Positions 47,278 through 57,349 of a stretch of 64,000 bases of DNA are shown one piece after another. This DNA comes from Hyalangium minutum (GTDB lineage: Bacteria; Myxococcota; Myxococcia; Myxococcales; Myxococcaceae): NCBI RefSeq assembly GCF_000737315.1, contig NZ_JMCB01000006.1, positions 868,001 through 932,000 on the forward strand. The letters are read 5' to 3'. The position numbers and the translations under genes are program-made. The first letter of the stretch is position 1; the number at the start of each line of letters is the position of its first letter. The notes below the pieces were generated by a model that ran no database searches, was not told the DNA's origin, and was given only the letters and a program-made list of their open reading frames with translations.

Positions 47278-49302
47278 ATGAGCAGCATCGTCCTGTTTCT
47301 CGAGAAGGATCGCGAGCTGCAGACCGTGATGCCCGCGTTCCTGCGGGAGCGGGGCTTCCGTGTGGAGTGCGCCCGGAGCGTGCAGGAGGCGCGCGCGGTG
47401 CTCGCGAGCATGCCGGTGGACGCGGCCGTGGTGGACAGCCTGCTGCCGGGCATGGTGGGCCTGGACTTCCTCCAGGAGCTGCGCCGGGCGAAGCCCACGC
47501 TGCCCATCCTCCTGGCCTCGCGGATGTGGAAGGACGTGAAGGGCCGCGAGCAGTTCCTGAAGGAACTGCGAGTCACGCGCATCCTCCAGAAGCCGTACAC
47601 GCCGCAGGAGCTCTTCATCTGGGTGGAGCAGGCCCTGGCGCGGCAGTGGGTGGAGCAGACCTTGGCGCGGCAGCGGCCGGGTCCGGTGGCGGGCAAGCCT
47701 CCCCTCCCCGCGGATGTCTCGGAGGAGCTGGCTGCGGCGAACGCCGAGTATGGCCGGCACCTGAAGCGGCGCCTGGCCTCGCTCACGGAGGCGCTGGCCC
47801 AGGCGCGCACGGGCTCGGCCGAGTCGGTGGAGGCCCTGTACTACGACGCGCACAAGCTCCATGGCTCGGCGGGCTCGTTCGGCTTCGCGCCGGTGGGCGA
47901 GGCGGCGGGACGGCTGGAGGCGCTGGTGAAGCCCGCGCGCGCGGGCCAGGCGGTGGACTGGGCGGCCATCGAGGCCTCGCTGAAGGAGCTGGCGGAGACC
48001 CTCCATTCCCCCGCTCCGAAGGCGGTGGAGGCGCCCAAGCCCACGAGCTTGATGGGCTCGGTGCTGGTGGTGGACGACGACGCGGAATGGCTGGCCGAAG
48101 TGGAGCGGATGGGCAAGGCGCAGGAGGTGAAAGTCCTCACGGCCCAGGACATGGACGAGGCGGTGGAGCGGGCGCGCGGGCAGTGGCTGGACGGCGCGCT
48201 GCTGCACGTGCACTTGGGCGGCCCGGAGGGAGGCTTCGAGGCGGCGGCACGGCTGAGGAGCCAGAAGCTGTGGGACTCACTGCCCCTGGCCTTCTTCAGC
48301 GCGGACGGAGACCTGGCGCACCGTGTGGCGGCGGCTCACGCCGGAGGCTCGCTGTACCTGCCCAAGCCCTTCGCGACGGCGGACCTCATTGGAGCGGTGG
48401 AGCGGCTGGTGGCGGCCCGGCGGCCGGAGCGCTCGCGCGTGCTGGTGCTGGCGGATGACGAGGAGGCGCGCAGTGCGATCAGCCATGCGGTCGCCGGGCA
48501 CCGCGTGGAGGTGACGGCGCTGACGGATCCGTTCCGGCTGCTGGACGCGCTGGCCGAGCACCGCCCGGAGTTGCTGGTGCTGGATGTGGAGCTGCCAGGT
48601 CCGAGCGGCTTTGACTTGTGCCGCATCATCCGCTCCATGCCGGAGTGGGAGGAGTTGCCCATCCTCCTCATCACCACGCAGCAGGGGGCCGAGTTCCGGG
48701 TGGCGGCCTTCGAGGCGGGGGCGGACGACTACCTCACGCGGCCGGTGCTGCACGAGGAGCTGGTGGCGCGCATGCACTCGCGGCTGGAGCGGGTGCGCCT
48801 GGCGCGCGAGCGCTCCGAGCGGGATGCGCTCACCGGGCTGCTCCTGCGCCGGCCCTTCCTCGAGGCCCTGCGTGCCCGGCTGTCCGAGGGCCGACGCCAG
48901 CAGCGGCCGCTGGCGCTGTGCTTCCTGGATGTGGATCACTTCAAGCAGGTGAATGACACCCATGGTCACGTGGCGGGGGACCATGTGCTCGCGCGGCTGG
49001 GGCGGCTGCTGACCACGCGCTTCCGCCGCGAGGACCTGCGCGGCCGGTGGGGCGGCGAGGAGTTCGTCGTGGCGCTGGCGGGCGAGACGGCCGCGAGCGC
49101 CAAGGAGATCCTCACTCGCACGGCGGCGGAGCTGGCCGCGGTGAAGTTCTCGGGCGACCACGGCGAGTCCTTCCAGATCACCTTCAGCGCCGGCATCGTC
49201 GAGGCCCCCAGGGACGGCGAGGACGCCGAGACACTGCTGCGTGAGGCGGATGCACGCCTGTACCGCGCCAAGGCCAACGGCCGGAACCGCATCGAGCTCT
49301 GA
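47278..49302 (+). CDS. REC-Hpt-REC-REC-GGDEF diguanylate cyclase
   Basis: Hpt AHKLHGSAGSFG; DALTGL, DVDHFKQVND, RxxD I-site (RRED), GGEEF. Confidence 0.93.
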   Translation: MSSIVLFLEKDRELQTVMPAFLRERGFRVECARSVQEARAVLASMPVDAAVVDSLLPGMVGLDFLQELRRAKPTLPILLASRMWKDVKGREQFLKELRVTRILQKPYTPQELFIWVEQALARQWVEQTLARQRPGPVAGKPPLPADVSEELAAANAEYGRHLKRRLASLTEALAQARTGSAESVEALYYDAHKLHGSAGSFGFAPVGEAAGRLEALVKPARAGQAVDWAAIEASLKELAETLHSPAPKAVEAPKPTSLMGSVLVVDDDAEWLAEVERMGKAQEVKVLTAQDMDEAVERARGQWLDGALLHVHLGGPEGGFEAAARLRSQKLWDSLPLAFFSADGDLAHRVAAAHAGGSLYLPKPFATADLIGAVERLVAARRPERSRVLVLADDEEARSAISHAVAGHRVEVTALTDPFRLLDALAEHRPELLVLDVELPGPSGFDLCRIIRSMPEWEELPILLITTQQGAEFRVAAFEAGADDYLTRPVLHEELVARMHSRLERVRLARERSERDALTGLLLRRPFLEALRARLSEGRRQQRPLALCFLDVDHFKQVNDTHGHVAGDHVLARLGRLLTTRFRREDLRGRWGGEEFVVALAGETAASAKEILTRTAAELAAVKFSGDHGESFQITFSAGIVEAPRDGEDAETLLREADARLYRAKANGRNRIEL

Positions 49303-49411
49303 TCCGGCAGTGAAAGCGTTCTGGGGTATTTCTTACAGAGCCAGGGCTGAAGTTCCTCCAGACGCAGTGTGTTCCACTGAGCCAAGCGGGTGATTTCTCA
49401 ACGGGGGAGAA

Positions 49412-49427
49412 GGGCCCGTGGTTTGCA
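49412..49427 (+). promoter_or_regulatory. Putative sigma54 promoter
   Basis: GG(49413-14)CCCGTGGTTTGC(49425-26)A, correct -24/-12 spacing, 30 bp before ATG 49457. Confidence 0.45.
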
Positions 49428-49456
49428 CTGGGAGGGGGACAGTTTGGAGTCACACC

Positions 49457-49735
49457 ATGTCCACTTCACCGCCAGTGCTCCCTCCTTATTACAGAGTCGA
49501 CCTGATGCCGGAGGCTTGGCGTGAGGTGGGATGTGTGACGTCGGAGGACTTTCAGGTGCTTCAGGACGTGATGCAGCTGCTGGCGGTCGAGGGCACGCCC
49601 TATGAGCCTGGCGAAGGTCGCCACACCCTCACCTTGGCGGGCTTCGAGGTGGAGTACACGCGCGACGATGTGGCCCGCGTCCTCACCCTGCACCGCGTGA
49701 CGCGGATGCTCCGGCGGCCGGGCGAGGCCGCCTAG
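49457..49735 (+). CDS. Small protein, RelE/ParE-like fold suspected
   Basis: YRVDLMPEAWREV...VEYTRDDVARVLTLHRV; GGAG RBS. Confidence 0.65.
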   Translation: MSTSPPVLPPYYRVDLMPEAWREVGCVTSEDFQVLQDVMQLLAVEGTPYEPGEGRHTLTLAGFEVEYTRDDVARVLTLHRVTRMLRRPGEAA

Positions 49736-49747
49736 CGAGCGAGGGGC

Positions 49748-51325
49748 TCACGGCTCACGGAAGATCATCAGACCGCGCGAGCTGTCCACCCCGTACACAT
49801 ACCCGTCCCCAGGCACGCGCATGCCGAGCGCGCCTTCGTAGAAGCTGTAGCCGCGCTCGAAGTCCGTCTCCCGGAAGGTGTTGAAGTACGCGAGCTGCTT
49901 CGGCTGCGAGGGGTCGGACACATCGAACACCCGCACGCCCTCGTGGTACCACGCGGTGTAGAGCCGGGTGCCCACCAGCACCATGTTGTGGATGGAGGTC
50001 TGCTCGCGCAGCTGGAGCTCGCCGATCTTCACCGGCGCCTCGGGCTCCGTCACGTCCAGCACGCGCAGGTGCGCGCCGAAGTTCTCACCGCCCTCGAAGG
50101 CGATGGTGCGACCGTTGAGGGTGCCCACCGCGTTGGCGTGGCTGGTCTGGTTCGCGTACGCGTACCTGCCCAGCTGCTTCTCCTTCGTGGGGTCGGTGAC
50201 GTCCATGATGACGTAACCCAGGTTCCAGTGGTTGATGTAGAGCCGCCCCTCGTATGCGAACGCGTCATGGGGGTAGCCCGTGGTCTGCCCGTCCGGCACG
50301 CTGAAGCGGTTGAGCAGCACGGGCTGGGTGGGCTGGGTGATGTCGAAGATGAGCGTCTCGCTGTTGGGGCTCGGGGACATGGCGTACAGCCGGTCCCCCT
50401 CCACGAAGACGGTGTGCACGTCGATGGGGGCGCCTGGCACGTTCCTCAGAAACGCCGGGTTGGCCGGATCGCGGATGTCGAAGACGAGCACCCCGCGGGA
50501 CGCGCTGGCCACGTAGAGCGCGTCGCCCTTGGCCCACACGCCGTTCCAGTAGCTGTCCCCAGGCATCGTCACCGTGCGCCGGAAGCGGACGTCGCCAGGG
50601 GTCGACACGTCGAACACGGACAGGCCGCCGGTGCGGCCGTTCGAGTTCACCGACACCACGTAGGCGTGCTGCTTCGCCACGTAGATGTCCACGGGCAGGC
50701 CCAGGGGGATGAAGGACTCGGAGCCGAGCTGGAGGCCCTCGGCTTCCTGCTCGCCCTCGCGGCGGGTGGCGCGGAAGGCCTCGAAGGTGCCCGTGGAGCG
50801 CACCTGGCCGTTGCGGCAGACGACGTAGCAGCCGGTGAGCTGCTGCGCGTTGTTGAGCTGGCAGCCCGCGTAGGCCGTCAGGGAGGGTTCGCCGTTGGGC
50901 AGGGTGGACTCGCGGCGGAGATAGAAGGTGTCTCCGCTCCGGGAGTCCGCGCTGACGAGGCCACCCGAGAGGATGCTGGGGCTGGTTCCGCTGCCCAGCT
51001 TCATCGCGCCGGGGAACAGGATGCCGCCCGTGGAGGAGGCTGACGTCAGCGCGCGGTTCTTGAGGATGAAGACGCCCTCGGCGGGAGCGCTGGCCAGCGA
51101 GGCGCGATTGCACTGAGACAGGTTGAAGCGGCTCAGCTCTCCGCAGTCGCTGCCCACCTGGGTGGGGTGGATGCACGGCGCCAGGGCGCCCGTGTCGAGC
51201 GCATCGCCGGGCTCTTCGAGGATGGGCCAGGGGGTGTTGCTCTTCGGCGGCTCCTCCGAGGGGCAGCCCGTGCAGAAGAGGGCGCAAGCGGTGAGGCAGG
51301 CCCACGCGCCAAGGGTACGAGTCAT
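49748..51325 (-). CDS. LVIVD-repeat beta-propeller lipoprotein
   Basis: FCTGC lipobox; repeats GLSVFDVS, GVLVFDIRDPANP, GVRVFDVSDPSQP. Confidence 0.88.
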   Translation of the reverse strand: MTRTLGAWACLTACALFCTGCPSEEPPKSNTPWPILEEPGDALDTGALAPCIHPTQVGSDCGELSRFNLSQCNRASLASAPAEGVFILKNRALTSASSTGGILFPGAMKLGSGTSPSILSGGLVSADSRSGDTFYLRRESTLPNGEPSLTAYAGCQLNNAQQLTGCYVVCRNGQVRSTGTFEAFRATRREGEQEAEGLQLGSESFIPLGLPVDIYVAKQHAYVVSVNSNGRTGGLSVFDVSTPGDVRFRRTVTMPGDSYWNGVWAKGDALYVASASRGVLVFDIRDPANPAFLRNVPGAPIDVHTVFVEGDRLYAMSPSPNSETLIFDITQPTQPVLLNRFSVPDGQTTGYPHDAFAYEGRLYINHWNLGYVIMDVTDPTKEKQLGRYAYANQTSHANAVGTLNGRTIAFEGGENFGAHLRVLDVTEPEAPVKIGELQLREQTSIHNMVLVGTRLYTAWYHEGVRVFDVSDPSQPKQLAYFNTFRETDFERGYSFYEGALGMRVPGDGYVYGVDSSRGLMIFREP

Positions 51326-51341
51326 GAAGGGGGCTCCGGGC

Positions 51342-53108
51342 TTACGTCCGCTGCGGGAGCAGGCGGGTGACGCGCGCCAGCAGCGTATGGATGGAGAAGG
51401 GCTTGGCCACGAAGTCCACGGCGCCTTCGTTGTACAGCTTCATCACGTCCTCATCGCGGATGCGCGCGGAGAGGACGAGGGCCCGCACGGGCGAGGAGGC
51501 CTCGCGCAGCGCCTTGAGCACCTCGATGCCCGAGCGCCGCGGCATGTGCACGTCCAGCAGCAGCAGGTCCACGGGCGTGAGCGCGGGGTTGAGCAGCCGG
51601 GACAGGGCCTCCTCACCGTCGGTGACGGTCTCCACCACGTAGCCCTCGGCCTCGAGCAGCCGCTGGAGCACCCGGCGCAGCGCGGGCTCATCGTCGGCCA
51701 CGAGGATGCGGTGCGAGCGGGTCTGAGCGCCCTCCACCGTCGGACGCGAACCTGTGATGGGGCGAGCCGGGGCCGCGGCAGCCTCGCCCGGGGGCGTGGG
51801 GGAGCGGACTGGCGGCGTAAGGGGCCCGGTGGAAGGCTGCGTGGGGCGCGGGGTGGAGGGGGTGGTGGAGAGGGGATCCTTGGTGGGAATCGGGGGCCGG
51901 GTGAGCTGTGTGGCGGGGAGGACCGGGCGCGAAGGCGTGGCCGCGCCGGGCAGCCGCGGGGTGGGCGTGTTCTCCAGGCGCGAGCCACCGGTGGTGGGGC
52001 GCTCCACGCGCGGGGCCTGGGCGTTGGGGTCGCTGGCGGCACGCTGCAGGGTGCGGCGCTGCAGGTGGGCCATGAGGCGCAGGCGCAGCTCGGCGGGCTC
52101 CACGGGCTTGATGAGGTAGTCATCCACGCCGAGCTGGAAGGCGCGCACGCGGTCTCCCGAGGAGTCCCGGGCGGAGTGGAAGACGACGATGAGGCTGCGC
52201 CACGCGGGGTCCGCGCGCAGCTGGGTGAGCAGCTCGAAGCCATCCACCGAGGACATGGCCACATCCAGCAGGAGCAGGTCCGGGTGGTGGCGCTGGAGGC
52301 TGGAGAAGAGGTTGCGCGCGTCGTTGAGCGTCACCACCTCCATGCTGGCGGCCTCGAGCACGGCGCGGGCCGCGGCGAGCACGGTCGAGTCCTCATCCAC
52401 GGCGAGCACGCGGTAGCGCGCGGGGCTGGCGCGCTGGATGGAGACGATGTCGCGGGCCAGCGCCGGGGGCGGCGTGGCGATGGACATGACTGCGTCAATG
52501 CCCTCGCGAGGCACGGAGCGGACGTCCGCGGCGGGCGCGAGCAGGACGACGGGCGGAGGGGTGTTCAGCGAGCGCAGGGCGGCGCGCAGCGAGGTGGGGA
52601 CGGCGGGGCCCACCACGACGCGCTCCACGGGGCGCTCGGAGGTGAGGATGCGCACCGACTCTTCTTCGGAGGCGGCGGCCACGGCGTCCATGCCGAGCGT
52701 CTCGAGGTGCAGGGCGAGCTCGCTGGCCAGGTGCGCGTCCGCCAGGCGCACCAGCACGCGAGGCCGGTGGGGCACCAGCGGGAGGGTGCTGGGCGGATGG
52801 GAGAAGGCCTCCTGAAGGGACTGGAGGAGGCCGGGAATCCGGGGAGAGAAGGCCGTGTCGCCGCCCTCGGCGAGCTTCTCGAGCTCGGCGCAGAGCCGGG
52901 CCACCTCGGTGAAGCCGAGCGTGCTGGCGCTGCCTCGGGTGGAGTGCGCGGTCTGGGCGAACTGGGAGGCGGCACCGGGAGTGCCGGCCTTCCACGCGTC
53001 GGCATGGCGGCGCAACTGCGCCACGCGTTCGGACGCGCTGGTACGAAAGCCATCGCGGACCGTCGCGAGGGCCTGCGCCATCTCTTCTGCGACACCACGC
53101 TCGGCCAT
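51342..53108 (-). CDS. Hpt plus multiple-receiver response regulator
   Basis: Hpt AHSTRGSASTLG; degenerate REC; REC LLLDVAMSSVDG; Pro-rich linker; C-terminal REC LLLDVHMP...KPF. Confidence 0.88.
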   Translation of the reverse strand: MAERGVAEEMAQALATVRDGFRTSASERVAQLRRHADAWKAGTPGAASQFAQTAHSTRGSASTLGFTEVARLCAELEKLAEGGDTAFSPRIPGLLQSLQEAFSHPPSTLPLVPHRPRVLVRLADAHLASELALHLETLGMDAVAAASEEESVRILTSERPVERVVVGPAVPTSLRAALRSLNTPPPVVLLAPAADVRSVPREGIDAVMSIATPPPALARDIVSIQRASPARYRVLAVDEDSTVLAAARAVLEAASMEVVTLNDARNLFSSLQRHHPDLLLLDVAMSSVDGFELLTQLRADPAWRSLIVVFHSARDSSGDRVRAFQLGVDDYLIKPVEPAELRLRLMAHLQRRTLQRAASDPNAQAPRVERPTTGGSRLENTPTPRLPGAATPSRPVLPATQLTRPPIPTKDPLSTTPSTPRPTQPSTGPLTPPVRSPTPPGEAAAAPARPITGSRPTVEGAQTRSHRILVADDEPALRRVLQRLLEAEGYVVETVTDGEEALSRLLNPALTPVDLLLLDVHMPRRSGIEVLKALREASSPVRALVLSARIRDEDVMKLYNEGAVDFVAKPFSIHTLLARVTRLLPQRT

Positions 53109-53349
53109 GAGGATCTTCTGATTTAACACGAAGGCCGCGCGCTGTCCGTCCCTCATGGAGGGGGCGAGGTGGGAGACGCCTGGTCGCTCGGTGTGAGCTG
53201 GGAAGACGCGCTCTCCGTGCACCTACACTCGGAAGAACCGGGAGCACGGCTTGGTCTGAGAATGGCTGGCTCTGCCCGAGGCAGCGCGGATTGTAAGGAG
53301 TGTGGATCCATGCCTGGGCCTACGTGACTTCCACTACGCTGGTGCGGCA

Positions 53350-54456
53350 ATGACAGTGACGCGGTTGGAGATAGCGGGGTACCGCTCGGTGAGGCGGCTG
53401 GTGTTGCCTGTGCACCCGGTGACAGTGGTGGTGGGGCCGAACGGAAGCGGGAAGACGAACTTGTACCGGGCGCTGTACCTGCTGCAGGCGGCGGCGGAGG
53501 GCCGGCTGGCGCGGACGTTGGCGGAGGAGGGTGGGACTCCGAGTGTGGTGTGGGCGGGGCCGCGTGAGGCGAAGAAGCCGGTGCGGCTGACGGTGGGAGT
53601 GACGCTGGAGGACGAGCTGGCCTACGAGCTGAGCTGCGGAATCATCCCGCCGGATCCGTCGCAGGCGTCGCTGTTCTCGTTGGATCCGGAGGTGAAGGAG
53701 GAGCACCTGTGGGCGCTGTCGGGGGGACGGCGCGCGGTGCTGATGGAGCGCAAGGACCGCACGGCGTTCCTGAGGGACTCGGAGGGGCAGCGGGTGACGT
53801 TTCCGACGCAGCTGTGGGAAGCGGAGTCGGTGTTGGATCAGCTGGCCGAGCCGCAGCGGTTCCCCCGGTTGGCGGAGGTGCAGCGGACGTTGAAGTCGTG
53901 GCGCTTCTTCCACCAGTTCCGGACAGACCTGGAGGCACCGGCGCGGCAGCCGCAGATTGGGGTGAGGACGACGGCGCTGGCGCATGACGGGAGAGACCTG
54001 GCGGCGGCGCTGAGGACGATCCAGGAGATTGGGGATGTGCGGGGGTTGGCGAAGGCGCTGGACGACGCGTTCCCGGGAGCGCGCCTGGAGATCGAGGCAC
54101 CGCAGGGGCGCTTCAGCCTGTTGCTGCGGATGCCGGGGCTGAACCGGCCGATGACGGCGGGCGAGCTGTCGGACGGGACGCTGCGCTATCTCTGTCTGTT
54201 GGCGGCGCTGATGAGCCCGAGGCCACCGCCGTTCGTGGCGTTGAACGAGCCGGAGACGAGCCTGCACCCGGACCTACTGGGGCCACTGGCGAGGCTCATC
54301 GTGGACGCGTCGAAGCACAGCCAGATCTGGGTGACGACGCACGCGGACGTGCTGGCGGAGGCCATCTCGCGGAAGACGGGCTACGAGCCGGTGCGGCTGG
54401 TGAAGAACGCGGGAGCCACGGAGGTGGCGGACACGGCGGCGCGAGAAGAAGAGTGA
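53350..54456 (+). CDS. AAA_21/COG4637-like ABC-type ATPase
   Basis: GPNGSGKTN Walker A; ELSDGT signature; LNEPETSLHP; VTTH. Confidence 0.9.
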   Translation: MTVTRLEIAGYRSVRRLVLPVHPVTVVVGPNGSGKTNLYRALYLLQAAAEGRLARTLAEEGGTPSVVWAGPREAKKPVRLTVGVTLEDELAYELSCGIIPPDPSQASLFSLDPEVKEEHLWALSGGRRAVLMERKDRTAFLRDSEGQRVTFPTQLWEAESVLDQLAEPQRFPRLAEVQRTLKSWRFFHQFRTDLEAPARQPQIGVRTTALAHDGRDLAAALRTIQEIGDVRGLAKALDDAFPGARLEIEAPQGRFSLLLRMPGLNRPMTAGELSDGTLRYLCLLAALMSPRPPPFVALNEPETSLHPDLLGPLARLIVDASKHSQIWVTTHADVLAEAISRKTGYEPVRLVKNAGATEVADTAAREEE

Positions 54457-54469
54457 CGCCGCCGTTGTC

Positions 54470-54498
54470 CCAGGGCTCGGAAGTGGCCCGAGCCCTGG
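54470..54498. terminator. Hairpin between convergent ATPase and tkt genes
   Basis: CCAGGGCTCGG-AAGTGGC-CCGAGCCCTGG. Confidence 0.7.
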
Positions 54499-54510
54499 TT
54501 CTTCCACGGG

Positions 54511-56565
54511 CTACTGCTTGGCCTTGGCGATGGTCTCCTTGGCCTCCTTCACCACGTTGTCCACGGTGAAGCCGAACTTCTGCAGCAGGGCCTTGAGCGG
54601 TGCGGAGGCTCCGAAGGAGCGCATGCCCACCACGGAGCCGCGCAGCCCCACCCAGCGCTCCCAGCCGAACACCTCTGCCTGCTCCACCGCCACTCGCGCG
54701 CGCACGGCGTCCGGCAGCACGGACTGCTTGTAGGCCTCGTCCTGCTGATCGAAGAGCTCCCACGAGGGCATGCTCACCACCCGCGCCTTCACGCCCTCGG
54801 CCTTGAGCTTCGCGGAGGCCTCCAGGCACAGATGCACCTCGCTGCCCGTGCCGATGAGGATGACATCGGGTGTGCCCTCGGAGTCCGAGAGCACATAAGC
54901 GCCCTTGGCCACTCCCGAGGCCGGTGCGTACTTCGTCCGGTCCAGCGTGGGCACGGCCTGCCGCGTGAGCACCAGCGCCACCGGGTGGCTCTTCTGCTGG
55001 GCGATGATGCGCCAGGCCTCCGTCACCTCGTTGGCGTCCGCGGGCCGCAGGACGATGAGGCCCGGGATGGCGCGCAGGCTGGGGAGCTGCTCCACCGGCT
55101 GGTGCGTGGGTCCGTCCTCGCCCAGGCCGATCGAGTCATGCGTGAAGATGTGGATGGCTGGCACCTCCATGATGGCGGAGAGCCGGATGGCCGGGCGCTG
55201 GTAGTCGCTGAAGATGAGGAACGTGGCCCCGTACGCGCGCAGCTTGCTCAGCGCCAGGCCGTTCACGATGGAGCCCATCACGTGCTCGCGCACCCCGAAG
55301 TGGATGTTGCGCCCGCTGGGGTCCCCCGGCTTCATCGGCCCCGAGAAGCCCAGGTACGTCTTCGTGGACGGGTTCAGGTCCGCCGAGCCCCCCAGAACCC
55401 ACGGGTGGTGCTTCGCCAGCGCGTTGAGCACCTTGCCGCTCGACTCGCGCGTGGCCACGCCCTTCGCATCCGCCGCGAAGGTGGGCAGCTCCTTGTCCCA
55501 GCCCTCGGGCAGCTCCCGCCGCTGCATGCGCTCGAGCTGATCCGCCAGGTCCGGATGTTGCTTCTTGTACTCGGCGAACGTCTTCTCCCACTCCGTGCGA
55601 AGCTGCTTGCCCCGGGCGCCCAGCCGCTCCTGGAAGCGCTCGCGCACGCCGTCGGGCACGAGGAACTGCGCGTCCTCGGGCCAGCCGTAGTTCTTCTTGG
55701 CGGCCTTGATTTCCTCGGCGCCCAGCGGCTCGCCGTGCGCCGCCGCGGTGCCCTGCTTCTTGGGCGAGCCGTAGCCAATCTGGCTCTTGACGATGATGAG
55801 CGTGGGCTTGCCGCGCTGCTCCTTGAAGGTGCGGTACGCCTTCGAGAGCGCCGCCAAATCGTTCGCGTCGTCCACGTGCAGCACGCGCCAGCCGTAGGCC
55901 TCGAAGCGCTTGCCCACGTCCTCGGTGAAGGCCAGGTCCGTGCTGCCATCAATGGAGATGCGGTTCGAGTCGTAGATCCAACACAGGTTGGGCAGCTGCA
56001 GGTGCCCGGCGATGGAGGCCGCCTCGCTGGCCACGCCCTCCATCAAGTCACCGTCGCCGCACACGGCCCACACGTCATAGTCGAACAGCGTGAAGCCCGG
56101 CCGGTTGTACGTGGCGCCCAGCCACCGCGAGGCAATGGCCATGCCCACGCTGTTGGAGACGCCCTGGCCCAGCGGACCGGTGGTGGTCTCCACGCCGCTG
56201 GTCCACCGGTACTCGGGGTGGCCCGGAGTGACGCTGTCCAGCTGGCGGAACTTCTGGAGGTCCTCCATGGAGATGGTGGGCACCTCCTCCACGCGGTAGT
56301 CGCGCGTCACCCGGCGAACACCCGACAGGTGCAACAGCCCGTACAGCAGCATGGAGGCGTGGCCGTTGGAGAGGATGAAGCGGTCCCGGTTGGGCCAGAT
56401 GGGACCGGACGGGTCGTAGCGCAGCTCTTGCTGCCACAGCTGATAGGCCACCGGGGCCAGCGCCATGGGTGCGCCTGGGTGCCCCGAGTGAGCTTTCTCC
56501 ACCGCATCCATGGCCAGGGTGCGGAGCGTATTGATGCACTGCAGATCCAGCGTGTCGGTCGTCAT
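54511..56565 (-). CDS. tkt: Transketolase
   Basis: SGHPG, LSNGHAS, TTGPLGQG, GDGDLMEG, FGVREH, THDSIGLGEDGPTHQP. Confidence 0.97.
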   Translation of the reverse strand: MTTDTLDLQCINTLRTLAMDAVEKAHSGHPGAPMALAPVAYQLWQQELRYDPSGPIWPNRDRFILSNGHASMLLYGLLHLSGVRRVTRDYRVEEVPTISMEDLQKFRQLDSVTPGHPEYRWTSGVETTTGPLGQGVSNSVGMAIASRWLGATYNRPGFTLFDYDVWAVCGDGDLMEGVASEAASIAGHLQLPNLCWIYDSNRISIDGSTDLAFTEDVGKRFEAYGWRVLHVDDANDLAALSKAYRTFKEQRGKPTLIIVKSQIGYGSPKKQGTAAAHGEPLGAEEIKAAKKNYGWPEDAQFLVPDGVRERFQERLGARGKQLRTEWEKTFAEYKKQHPDLADQLERMQRRELPEGWDKELPTFAADAKGVATRESSGKVLNALAKHHPWVLGGSADLNPSTKTYLGFSGPMKPGDPSGRNIHFGVREHVMGSIVNGLALSKLRAYGATFLIFSDYQRPAIRLSAIMEVPAIHIFTHDSIGLGEDGPTHQPVEQLPSLRAIPGLIVLRPADANEVTEAWRIIAQQKSHPVALVLTRQAVPTLDRTKYAPASGVAKGAYVLSDSEGTPDVILIGTGSEVHLCLEASAKLKAEGVKARVVSMPSWELFDQQDEAYKQSVLPDAVRARVAVEQAEVFGWERWVGLRGSVVGMRSFGASAPLKALLQKFGFTVDNVVKEAKETIAKAKQ

Positions 56566-56780
56566 GGGTGGGAGGTCCTCTTCTGACTCCTGCGTGGGGC
56601 GCACCATGCCGCAAGAGCGGGCCGGGCGCCGCACCAAACGCGCGGAACGTGCGAGGTGGGACGAATGTCAGACCCGGGCTGTACACTGCCGTAACTGAAA
56701 TAGAGCCAAGGCGGGTTCGTATTCAGGAAGCGGCTGGCTTGCCCGTCTGGGGCCGGCGCTTACGTTCAGGGGAAGCAGTC

Positions 56781-56975
56781 ATGGGTCATGTGTTCGTTCC
56801 GGTGGCGCTGGCGTTGTGGGTGGCGGTGGCGGTGGTGCGCGCATGGGCGACACCCTCCCAGGCTCCAGCTTCCGTTCCGGCAGTAGAAGTGGAGGCTCAT
56901 CAGCCTCGCCCGTCGCAGTCCGACAGTGCGTCCGTGTCGGAGGCGGAGCGGGTGAAGGCGCACGGCGAGGGCTGA
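56781..56975 (+). CDS. Small single-TM protein
   Basis: GGGGA RBS; MGHVFVPVALALWVAVAV hydrophobic N-terminus. Confidence 0.5.
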   Translation: MGHVFVPVALALWVAVAVVRAWATPSQAPASVPAVEVEAHQPRPSQSDSASVSEAERVKAHGEG

Positions 56976-57126
56976 GGCCCCGCACGCAGAGGCAGTGTCA
57001 GAGCAGACCGCGAGAGTTCGGGCCACGAGGCAGGTGCCTCGGGGGCGCACCGGAGGTGTCTGCTCATTTCAGCAACAGGGAGGGCATCCGTCCTGTCTGA
57101 CGGGTGGATTCACAGGGGGGATGGCC

Positions 57127-57234
57127 ATGGTTCAACTGTTCATTCCAGCAGTGTTGGTGCTCTGGGTGGCGTGGGCGGTTCCGCGCACCCGGCGTCGCAA
57201 CCGGCGGTTCAAGCTGAGCGCCCGGGCCCGCTAA
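57127..57234 (+). CDS. Small single-TM peptide, similar N-terminus to 56781..56975
   Basis: MVQLFIPAVLVLWVAWAV plus Arg-rich tail; G-rich RBS; followed by a terminator. Confidence 0.5.
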   Translation: MVQLFIPAVLVLWVAWAVPRTRRRNRRFKLSARAR

Positions 57235-57259
57235 GGCCGAGGCAGCTCCTACGCAACTG

Positions 57260-57291
57260 GGCCCTGGGGGAAACCCCAGGGCTCTTTTTTT
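57260..57291 (+). terminator. Rho-independent terminator
   Basis: GCCCTGGGG-GAAA-CCCCAGGGC followed by TCTTTTTTT. Confidence 0.88.
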
Positions 57292-57349
57292 ACCAGGAGA
57301 TCAAGGGAGACTCACAGGGGCGGCTTGTCGGGTGTATATGTCCCGCCAC

